Positions 17,254 through 25,624 of a stretch of 64,000 bases of DNA are shown here, piece after piece. The position numbers were made by a program, and so were the translations under genes. Each line of letters starts with the position of its first letter. The first letter of the stretch is position 1. The notes under the pieces are model-generated. The model made no database searches and was not told where the DNA came from. It worked only from the letters and a program-made list of their open reading frames with translations. This DNA is from Planktothrix pseudagardhii. Its GTDB lineage: Bacteria; Cyanobacteriota; Cyanobacteriia; Cyanobacteriales; Microcoleaceae. Location of the stretch: the NCBI RefSeq assembly GCF_904830925.1, contig NZ_LR882967.1, positions 3,298,106-3,362,105 on the forward strand, in the 5' to 3' direction.

Positions 17254-20200
17254 ACCTTAAGCAATTTGTAGCTGAACTCGCCCTAGCTGGTGTGAAGTTG
17301 TGGGTCGAAGACGACCAGTTGCGCGTGCGGGCACCAAAGAAGGTACTGACACCAGAGGTACGTAATTTATTGGCATTGCATAAGGCAGAACTTGTAAAGT
17401 TGCTACAGAACAGCAATGCGATCGCCAATGATACTGACCTACCCCTTCTAAGAGTTTCGCGAACTGGTAACTTGCCTCTGTCTTTTGCCCAAGAAGGACT
17501 GTGGTTCTTGAGCCAGTTGGAGCCAACTAACCCCTTCTACAACGTACCACTAGCTCTGCGACTTAATGGTTCTCTCAACGTTGTCGCTTTAGAGAAAAGC
17601 CTCAACAAGATAATTCAACGCCACGAGGTCTTACGCACCAACTTCACAACGGTTGAGGGGCAACCCGTTCAGGTTATTGCTCTTGGCTTGACCTTGAGTG
17701 TGCAAGTCATAGATTTGAGTGAGCTACCTGAGAGTGAAAGAGAAATTGCTTGGGGGCTAAAAGCCAGGGCACAAATCCAGCAACCCTTTGACCTCAGTAG
17801 CTCTGGGTTGATTCAAGCTTCTGTGCTAAAGCTAACACCGACAGAACATATCTTGTTACTAACAATACATCACATTGTCTGGGATGCTCCTTCAGAGGGC
17901 GTATTGGTCAAGGAGTTAGCAGCTTTCTACACAGCCTACTGCAATGACTTGCTACCAGAGCTACCAGAGCTACCGATTCAGTACGCCGACTTTGCTGTTT
18001 GGCAGCGGCAGTGGTTACAGGAAGACATACTAGAGTCTCAACTTGCTTATTGGAAGCAACAACTGTCTGGTGCGCCAGAAATATTGGAACTGCCAACTGA
18101 CCGAGTGCGAAAAGCAACTCAAACGTTTCGAGGGGCGTGTCACCGACAAGCACTCTCAAAAGAACTAACAGAGGCTTTGATGATTTTAAGTCAACGCAAA
18201 GGAGTTACTCTGTTTATGACGCTGTTGGCGGCGCTCTTCACATTGCTTTACCGTTATACAGAGCAGACCGATATTTGCGTAGGCACGCCTTACGCAGGCC
18301 GGGAGCGCCGTGAGCTTCAGGGATTGATTGGATTGTTTCTCAATACGTTGGTTCTGCGGACTGATATATCAGGTAATCCGAGTTTTGAGGAGCTACTCTC
18401 AAGAGTCCGGGACGTGGCTTTGGGAGCATACGCTCATCATGACCTACCGTTTGAAAAGTTATTAGAACAATTGCAGCCAGCGCGTAACTTAAGCTACACA
18501 CCGTATTTCCAAGTGAGGTTTGTGCTTTACCCAGCGATGCAGATAGACATGGAAGGCTTAACGGTGAGTCCAGTAGCGGTAGAAACAGCTACGGCGAAGT
18601 TGGATTTGTTTGTAGCTTTCGTCAACAGCGACTCTGGACTAATCGGGACGTGGGAATACAATACTGACTTGTTTGATGCCAGTACGATCAATCGCATGGC
18701 TCAACATTTTCAGACCTTACTAGAGGGAATTGTTGCTAATCCTCAACAGAAGGTTTCAGAATTGCCATTGCTCACAGAGCCAGAGCGACACCAGCTATTA
18801 GTAGAGTGGAACAACGCCACAAAAGAGTATCCCTTCAATAAGTGTATCCACCAGTTATTTGAGGAACAGGTGGAGCGATCGCCTGATGCTATTGCGGTGG
18901 TTTTTGAAGGGGAGCAACTGACCTACCAAGATTTGAACCAACGGGCGAACAGAATAGCACATCACTTGAAAACTCTAGGTGTGGAGCCAGAAGTGCTGGT
19001 GGGCATCTACGTTGATCGCTCCTTAGAGATGGTAGTGAGTCTACTTGGCATCCTCAAAACTGGAGGGGCTTATGTGCCTTTAGACCCATCCTATCCCAAA
19101 GAGCGCTTAGCGTTCATGTTGCAAAATTCACAACCAAAGGTGTTGTTGACTCAGGAGTGCTTGATAACAGAACTGCCTGAACATACGGCACAAGTTGTTT
19201 GCTTAGATACAGATAGGCATCTCATTGCTCAACACTCAGAAGAAAATTTAAACCAAACAGCAACAGTTGCTAATTTAGCCTATGTCATTTATACCTCTGG
19301 CTCAACGGGAAAGCCAAAGGGAGTACAGGTGACACACGCTAATTTGTGTCACTATGCCCAAGCAATGAGTCAAGTGCTAAATATCACAGCAGAAGATGTA
19401 TATTTGCACACCGCATCGATTGCTTTCTCATCTTCTGTCAGACAGTTGATCGTGCCTCTGGCTAGTGGGGCAACTGTCAAAATTGCAACTTCTGAACAGA
19501 GAAAAGACCCACAATCACTATTTACGACAATTAAACAACATAGTGTGACAGTTATTGATATTGTCCCCTCTTATTGGCGTAACTGCATTCATACACTTGC
19601 TAGCTTAGAACCTGTTACGAAACAAGCACTGTTAGATAACAAACTGCGTTTAATTGTGTCGGCGAGCGAACCGCTGCTGTCCGATCTTCCTACTCAGTGG
19701 ACGTTTGGTTTTCAGCACAAAGCACGATTAATCAATATGTTTGGTCAAACTGAAACTTGTGGAATTGTTGCCACTTATCCAATTCCGGCACAACAGGATG
19801 AGCCAATCAAAATTGTCCCTATCGGTCGCCCGATCACCAACACACAAATTTATCTGCTCGACTGCCATCTGCAACCAGTCCCTGTTGGTGTACCTGGGGA
19901 AGTGCATATTGGTGGTTTTGGACTGGCGCGAGGCTACCTCAACAGCCCAGAATTGACAAAAGAAAAATTCATCCCCAACCCCTTTAGCCAAGAAGAAGGA
20001 ACACGCCTCTACAAAACCGGGGACAATGCCCGCTACCTTCCAGACGGTAACATTGAGTTCCTTGGTCGGCTGGATCGTCAAGTGAAGATTCGCGGTTTCC
20101 GTATTGAACTCGGAGAAATCGAAGCAGCGCTAGCTCAACACCCAGAGGTACGGGAGACAGTAGTTTTAGCAAGGGATGACCAACCAGATAACAAACGACT

Positions 20201-21503
20201 GGTAGCTTATGTTGTTCCCAACCATGAACCTCCTGCCACCATTGAACTGCGGCACTTCCTCCAACAAAAGCTCCCAGACTACATGGTGCCGGGAGCCTTT
20301 GTGATGCTTTCTTCTTTACCTCTCACCCCCAATGGTAAGGTAGACCGTCGCGCCTTGGAGACACCAGATACGGAATTAAGTAACTCAATGGGCTTTGTCC
20401 CTCCCCGTGACACAGTTGAACAGCAACTACAGCAAATTTGGTCAGAGGTTTTGAAGCTTCCGACTGTTGGAATGAAGGATAACTTCTTTACTTTCGGAGG
20501 TCATTCTCTTTTAGCTGTACTCTTAATGGCTCAAATTTCGCGGCATTTTGGGAAAAATCTGCCCATAGCAACGCTTTTCTCTAGCCCAACTATCGAACAG
20601 CTAGCTAGTTGTCTTCGATCCGAAACTCATTCCTTGCCTTGGTCTCCTTTGGTAGCAATTCAGTCTGGCACCGAGAAGCGACCTTTCTTCTTTGTGCCTG
20701 GAGTTGGGGGAAATGTGATTTACTTATATGAGCTAGCGCGTCATCTTGGATCTGAGCAACCCTTCTACGGTCTGCAAGCACGGGGACTGGATGGCGAATC
20801 AGAGCCTTTTACACAGTTGGAAGAGATAGCCACCTACTATATTGAAGCAATACAGACAGTTCAGCCCTCTGGTCCGTACCTGCTGGGAGGGCATTCGTTT
20901 GGAGGTGTAGTTGCCTTTGAGATGGCAACTCAGTTGCTCAAACAGGGGCATGAGGTCGCTCTACTTGCAATTATTGACGTTGTTGCGCCAATTGTTGCTA
21001 ATAAGCCGAATTATTCTGATGAAGATGAGGTGGCATATCTTTTTGATTTTGCCAGCTATATTGAATATATGTTCTCCCTCAAGTTGGAGGTATCTAAAGA
21101 AACTCTTGCTTCCCTATCTCAGGAGGAGCAATTGAACTATCTCAAAGAACGGTTGATACGGGTCAATTTGCTACCCCCTGATGCGGGAATAGGGTTAGTA
21201 CGGGGGCTAGTGCAAGTATACATTGCGTCCCTGAAAGCTCATCGTGCTTATTTGCCTTCGGGGCTGCAACAAGCTCCCATTACTCTTTTCCGTTCTAGTG
21301 AGGTTGATGTATTTGAGGGTGATACAGAAGAGTTGAAACAAAGGCGAAAAGAACCTGCTTTGGGCTGGAACGAGTTTTCTTCTACTATAGACATTCATGT
21401 TGTTCCAGGGAACCATAGCACCATGATGCAACAGCCGCACGTACAGGTGTTAGCCACACAACTTCTCTCTTGCCTAAAGCAAACACAGGCTCCATTGGCT
21501 TAG
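17250..21503 (+). CDS. Single-module nonribosomal peptide synthetase: N-terminal TubC-type docking domain, then C, A, T (PCP) and TE domains.
   Basis: Docking domain: MNLKQFVAELALAGVKLWVEDDQLRVRAPKKVLTPEVRNLLALHKAELVKLL. C domain: HHIVWDA motif near 17868. A domain: A3 LAYVIYTSGSTGKPKGV near 19290, A5 NMFGQTE, A7 YKTGDNARY, A8 GRLDRQVKIRGFRIELGEIE, A10 PNGKVDRRAL. T domain: FFTFGGHSLLAV, Ser near 20503. TE: GGHSFGG near 20889, with a C-terminal GNHSTMM His. Confidence 0.85.
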   Translation: MNLKQFVAELALAGVKLWVEDDQLRVRAPKKVLTPEVRNLLALHKAELVKLLQNSNAIANDTDLPLLRVSRTGNLPLSFAQEGLWFLSQLEPTNPFYNVPLALRLNGSLNVVALEKSLNKIIQRHEVLRTNFTTVEGQPVQVIALGLTLSVQVIDLSELPESEREIAWGLKARAQIQQPFDLSSSGLIQASVLKLTPTEHILLLTIHHIVWDAPSEGVLVKELAAFYTAYCNDLLPELPELPIQYADFAVWQRQWLQEDILESQLAYWKQQLSGAPEILELPTDRVRKATQTFRGACHRQALSKELTEALMILSQRKGVTLFMTLLAALFTLLYRYTEQTDICVGTPYAGRERRELQGLIGLFLNTLVLRTDISGNPSFEELLSRVRDVALGAYAHHDLPFEKLLEQLQPARNLSYTPYFQVRFVLYPAMQIDMEGLTVSPVAVETATAKLDLFVAFVNSDSGLIGTWEYNTDLFDASTINRMAQHFQTLLEGIVANPQQKVSELPLLTEPERHQLLVEWNNATKEYPFNKCIHQLFEEQVERSPDAIAVVFEGEQLTYQDLNQRANRIAHHLKTLGVEPEVLVGIYVDRSLEMVVSLLGILKTGGAYVPLDPSYPKERLAFMLQNSQPKVLLTQECLITELPEHTAQVVCLDTDRHLIAQHSEENLNQTATVANLAYVIYTSGSTGKPKGVQVTHANLCHYAQAMSQVLNITAEDVYLHTASIAFSSSVRQLIVPLASGATVKIATSEQRKDPQSLFTTIKQHSVTVIDIVPSYWRNCIHTLASLEPVTKQALLDNKLRLIVSASEPLLSDLPTQWTFGFQHKARLINMFGQTETCGIVATYPIPAQQDEPIKIVPIGRPITNTQIYLLDCHLQPVPVGVPGEVHIGGFGLARGYLNSPELTKEKFIPNPFSQEEGTRLYKTGDNARYLPDGNIEFLGRLDRQVKIRGFRIELGEIEAALAQHPEVRETVVLARDDQPDNKRLVAYVVPNHEPPATIELRHFLQQKLPDYMVPGAFVMLSSLPLTPNGKVDRRALETPDTELSNSMGFVPPRDTVEQQLQQIWSEVLKLPTVGMKDNFFTFGGHSLLAVLLMAQISRHFGKNLPIATLFSSPTIEQLASCLRSETHSLPWSPLVAIQSGTEKRPFFFVPGVGGNVIYLYELARHLGSEQPFYGLQARGLDGESEPFTQLEEIATYYIEAIQTVQPSGPYLLGGHSFGGVVAFEMATQLLKQGHEVALLAIIDVVAPIVANKPNYSDEDEVAYLFDFASYIEYMFSLKLEVSKETLASLSQEEQLNYLKERLIRVNLLPPDAGIGLVRGLVQVYIASLKAHRAYLPSGLQQAPITLFRSSEVDVFEGDTEELKQRRKEPALGWNEFSSTIDIHVVPGNHSTMMQQPHVQVLATQLLSCLKQTQAPLA

Positions 21504-21577
21504 TAATTGGTCTGTTAAGTGGAAATTTTTGAGGTAATTAACAAGCTCTTTCATTTGACTAAAAAAGCTCAATCATT

Positions 21578-22549
21578 ATGAAAATAGGAATTTTCGACTC
21601 GAATCACAATCTACCCTTGCTAGTAGAACCTGACACAAAACGCGAATCGTCTAATTTTGATTATCTCCTTTCATGGTACAAAGATAATAGTGAACTTTTA
21701 TCAAACAAAATTTTGAAACACGGAGCGATTCTTTTTCGAGGTTTTGATGTCAATACAATCTTAGCTTTTGAAAAATTCGTTAAATCTATTTCAGGTAATT
21801 TAATAGATTATGTTGATGGAAATTCTCCCCGAACCCAACTAGCTAGTGGTATTTATACTTCAACTGAATATCCAGCTGAATACTCCATTAGTTTGCATAA
21901 TGAGTTATCCTACTCTAGCCAATGGCCAGACCAACTCTATTTTTGCTGTATTACTGCGCCTAAAGAGGGCGGAGAAACACCAATTGCTGATAGTCGCCAA
22001 ATCCTCAAAAGTCTTAACCCAAAGATTGTGGAAAAGTTCACACTTAAACAAGTGAAGTATATCCGCAATTTACCTAGTAGTAATGGCATGGGAGTTTCAT
22101 GGCAAGATGCTTTTAAAACTTCAGATAAGTCCCTAGTAGAAGAGCATAATAGAAAAGCTGGTATGGATTTTGAGTGGAAGAAGGATGGAGGATTGCGATT
22201 AAGCCAGATTCGTCCTGCTATTGCAACTCATCCTCGTACAGATGAACAAGTTTGGTTTAATCAAGCCGATCTATTTCATCCATCTACTCTTCCTAAAAAT
22301 ATCTACGAAGCTATGATGTTTTATTTTGACGGTAACGAAGAGGAACTCCCTCACTATGCTTGCTTTGGCGACAATACTCCAATTGATGTTTCAATGCTAG
22401 ATGAAATTAGAGAAACTATTGGTAAACAAACTGTTGTTTTTCCTTGGCGGGAGGGTGATGTTCTAGTCATAGATAATATGTTAGTTTGTCATGGACGAAG
22501 ACCGTTTTTTGGTTCGAGAAAAATTTTGATTTCTATGTCACAATTCTGA
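21578..22549 (+). CDS. Fe(II)/2-oxoglutarate-dependent oxygenase of the TauD/clavaminate-synthase-like family. Probably an amino-acid beta-hydroxylase (VioC/AsnO/SyrP-like).
   Basis: The HxE facial triad start (SLHNELSY) and the C-terminal DNMLVCHGRRPF (second His plus 2OG-binding Arg) are typical of the CAS-like branch of PF02668. The gene sits between NRPS genes. Confidence 0.7.
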   Translation: MKIGIFDSNHNLPLLVEPDTKRESSNFDYLLSWYKDNSELLSNKILKHGAILFRGFDVNTILAFEKFVKSISGNLIDYVDGNSPRTQLASGIYTSTEYPAEYSISLHNELSYSSQWPDQLYFCCITAPKEGGETPIADSRQILKSLNPKIVEKFTLKQVKYIRNLPSSNGMGVSWQDAFKTSDKSLVEEHNRKAGMDFEWKKDGGLRLSQIRPAIATHPRTDEQVWFNQADLFHPSTLPKNIYEAMMFYFDGNEEELPHYACFGDNTPIDVSMLDEIRETIGKQTVVFPWREGDVLVIDNMLVCHGRRPFFGSRKILISMSQF

Positions 22550-22574
22550 TTATCTTAGCTATAAGTGTAAGTAG

Positions 22575-24356
22575 ATGTATCAATTCCAAGAGTCTCTTCC
22601 AAAACTACCTTTGCCCAAACTCTCAGACACCTGCGCTCGTTATATCGAGATGGTAACACCGCTGTTGAGTGACACAGAATTAGAGCGAACTAAGACCGCC
22701 GTAAGGGAATTTCAACAAGGGAGTGGAGTCGAACTACAGAAGCAATTGGAGATGATTGACCGCTCAACTAATACTAACTATTTACAACAATTTAAAGAGG
22801 AAACCTATTTAGAAATGCGGTCTTCACAACTAAATATGAGAAGCACAGGGGTGGCTTCGCCCGTCTTGACAACCTCGAAATATTCCTTTACCCGCATTGT
22901 CGCCATCATAATTTTTAATACCCTCCAATTCCACCTGAAAATCAAATATCGGGAACTAGAGCCAGATCGCGATGTATTTCAACGAAACAAACCTCCCCTT
23001 TGTATGGCTCAGTATGACAATTTGTTTGGCAGTGCGCGAATTCCTGGAATCAAATGTGACAGCTTTCAAAGGGCGAAAAATTCTGAGCATATTGTGGTCA
23101 TCCGACGGGATACGTTTTACGTCTTAAAGTTGCTCCCAGGGGATACGTTACCGTCGGTGGAAGCTGTAGCACAGCAAATTGATTGGATTCTGGAAAATAC
23201 TCATCCAGGGGAACTTCCTGTGGGAGTGCTGACATCTCTCCCCAGAGAACAGTGGGCAACAGTTCGCTCCTACCTCACGAACCTAGATGCAGAAAACGCT
23301 TGCTCTCTAGAACTATTGGATAGCGCCTTATTTGTTGTCTGTTTAGACGAAATAACGCCTCCCGATTTGGAAAGGCTAGCAAGAACTGCCTTTACTGGAG
23401 ATGGTGGGCGAAACCGATGGTTCGATAAACCTATTCGGCTCGTTTTTAACTCTGAGGGTCAGTTCGCTGTAACAATTGAACACAGTAATGTCGATGGTTA
23501 TCCGGTAGCACGGTTGATAAGCGAGGTCAACCGGGAGCTTGAACCCCTTGAAGAATCCCTTACATCCTCCAGTTCAGTCGAACTCGAACCCCCACAGCGA
23601 CTGTGGTGGAAATTAGACCAGAAACTCCGAGAAGAAGTAGCTCAAGCATTAACAGATGCAGAGTGTCTGAGCGAACAAATTCAGATGGGGATAATAATTT
23701 TCGACGAATTTGGGTCAGACTTTATCCAGCAACATGGTTTAATTGCTGATGCTGTGTTTCTCCTGTCGCTACAGATTGCTTACACTCGCCTGCATGGTAA
23801 GATTACTACTAGCGCTTGGCAAGCTGTACACAACAGAACCTTCCGGTACGGGCGGCACGACTACGCCTTAGTAGTTACACCCGAATCTGTAGAACTCATT
23901 CAAGCCTTTACTGAGGGAGCTTCAGACGAAGTGCGATATCGGACTCTAAAACGTGCTGTTAACGCTCATTTATGGCGAGTGTTTAACACTAAAAACGGGC
24001 AGGGAGTGGTCATGCACCTTTATGCGCTTTATAACTTAGCTCGCTATAAAGGCAGCAGTGTTCTCGATATTTTTCAAGATAAAACCTTTGAAGAAGTTAT
24101 CTTAGACCCAAGCTTCTCCGCTTCTGCCCTAAGTAATAAAATGGGTGTAGAGATAGCCTGCCCCAGTCCATGTCGCGACTATGGAATCGGCTATGTCATC
24201 GATCGCAACAAGATTACCTTTGCTGTAACGAGTAAACATCTACAGCCGGAAGATTTCATCGCTCTTGTCAAGCAGTGTCTTTCAGAAATCGGAAAATTGT
24301 TAATAGAGCAACGACACCCAGATTCCAATATAAGAATACATTCATCACCACAATGA
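22575..24356 (+). CDS. Choline/carnitine O-acyltransferase family protein (593 aa).
   Basis: The N-terminal LPKLPLPKLSDTCARYIEMVTPLL matches the conserved LPxLPVPxLxxTLxxYL start of carnitine acyltransferases. The catalytic-His region TIEHSNVDGYPVARL matches the EHSxxDG motif. Length fits the family. Confidence 0.7.
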   Translation: MYQFQESLPKLPLPKLSDTCARYIEMVTPLLSDTELERTKTAVREFQQGSGVELQKQLEMIDRSTNTNYLQQFKEETYLEMRSSQLNMRSTGVASPVLTTSKYSFTRIVAIIIFNTLQFHLKIKYRELEPDRDVFQRNKPPLCMAQYDNLFGSARIPGIKCDSFQRAKNSEHIVVIRRDTFYVLKLLPGDTLPSVEAVAQQIDWILENTHPGELPVGVLTSLPREQWATVRSYLTNLDAENACSLELLDSALFVVCLDEITPPDLERLARTAFTGDGGRNRWFDKPIRLVFNSEGQFAVTIEHSNVDGYPVARLISEVNRELEPLEESLTSSSSVELEPPQRLWWKLDQKLREEVAQALTDAECLSEQIQMGIIIFDEFGSDFIQQHGLIADAVFLLSLQIAYTRLHGKITTSAWQAVHNRTFRYGRHDYALVVTPESVELIQAFTEGASDEVRYRTLKRAVNAHLWRVFNTKNGQGVVMHLYALYNLARYKGSSVLDIFQDKTFEEVILDPSFSASALSNKMGVEIACPSPCRDYGIGYVIDRNKITFAVTSKHLQPEDFIALVKQCLSEIGKLLIEQRHPDSNIRIHSSPQ

Positions 24357-24366
24357 GCTTTGAAAA

Positions 24367-25512
24367 ATGGACTTTTCATGGACAGAGGAACAAATTCAGT
24401 TTAGAGAGAAGATTGTTAAATTCGCCCAACAAGAGTTGCAATCAAATCTAATTGACCTAGATTGGCGAGAAGAATTTAACCGAGAAAGTTGGGAAAAATG
24501 TGGGAAATTTGGTCTGATCGGTCTGCCAATTCCTGAACATTATGGGGGAACTGGGACAGATATTCTTACAACGATTTGTGCCTTGGAAGCTTTAGGTTAT
24601 GGTTGTAAAGACAATGGTCTAATCTTTGCCATCAACGCTCATATATGGGCTGGCGAAATACCGATTTTAACCTTTGGCACCGAAGCTCAAAAACAAAAGT
24701 ATCTCCCCAAACTCTGTAGCGGTGAATTCATTGGCGCTCATGGGGCAAGTGAACCAGAAGCAGGTTCGGATATTTACAATCTTAAGACTACTGCCAAAAT
24801 ACAGGGAGACAAGTACATCTTAAATGGTGTTAAGAATTGGGTCACAAATGGTCCAGTTGCTGACCTTTACATTGTATTTGCGAATGTCGCTCCCGAAAAA
24901 GGAAAACGGGGAATTACTGGATTTATCGTCGAAAAAGATTTTGCCGGAGTCGCGATCAATCGTAAAATTTCCAAAATGGGTTTAAGAACGACTCAGTTAG
25001 GTGAACTGTTCCTAGAAAATTGTGAAGTGCCGAGTGAAAATCGTCTTGGTCAAGAGGGTTCGGGACTTGCTATCTTTAATCACAGTATGGAATGGGAGCG
25101 AGGATTCATTCTTGCCAGTGCGATCGGGACTATGGAACGTCTGTTAGAAAGCTGCATTCAATATGCTAGGAAGCGCCAGCAATTTGGTCAATCGATTGGA
25201 AAATTTCAGTTAGTTAGCAGCAAAATTGTTGACATGAAGATGCGACTTGAAACAGCTAGAGCGCTGCTGTATAAAGTAGGATGGTTAAAAAATAATAAAA
25301 AAACGGCGATTATGGAAGCGGCAATGGCAAAACTTTATATTAGTGAATCTTGGGTGCAGTCCTGCCTTGATGCAATTCAGATTCATGGTGGTTATGGCTA
25401 TCTAACTGAGTTAGAACTAGAACGAGAATTAAGGGATGCGTTAGGGAGCAAGCTTTATTCAGGAACCTCTGAGATTCAGTACCAAATAATTGCCCAATTT
25501 ATGGGATTATAG
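24367..25512 (+). CDS. Acyl-CoA dehydrogenase-family flavoprotein. Predicted carrier-protein-tethered prolyl oxidase (PltE/RedW/CloN3/AnaB-like).
   Basis: It has the ACAD fold (MDFSWTEEQ..., GASEPEAGSD, C-terminal ...QIHGGYGY...). It is 381 aa, sits immediately upstream of a stand-alone A domain and a stand-alone PCP, and the stops and starts are closely spaced. Confidence 0.75.
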   Translation: MDFSWTEEQIQFREKIVKFAQQELQSNLIDLDWREEFNRESWEKCGKFGLIGLPIPEHYGGTGTDILTTICALEALGYGCKDNGLIFAINAHIWAGEIPILTFGTEAQKQKYLPKLCSGEFIGAHGASEPEAGSDIYNLKTTAKIQGDKYILNGVKNWVTNGPVADLYIVFANVAPEKGKRGITGFIVEKDFAGVAINRKISKMGLRTTQLGELFLENCEVPSENRLGQEGSGLAIFNHSMEWERGFILASAIGTMERLLESCIQYARKRQQFGQSIGKFQLVSSKIVDMKMRLETARALLYKVGWLKNNKKTAIMEAAMAKLYISESWVQSCLDAIQIHGGYGYLTELELERELRDALGSKLYSGTSEIQYQIIAQFMGL

Positions 25513-25624
25513 AGGGTGATTTTTTGTTTACGCGAGAGCATTTGCGAGATTACGAGACAACGCTGCGGCGCGCTACGAAGAATTGGTACGAATTCATCTC
25601 GCTGTATTATCGTTTGAACATTCT

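Noticed and set aside
25583-25624. Upstream TTG start of the free-standing A-domain ORF (553-aa version).
   Set aside because: The ATG at 25625 (MEDSPKP...) gives a typical N-terminal distance to the first A-domain core motifs. The TTG extension adds only non-conserved residues.
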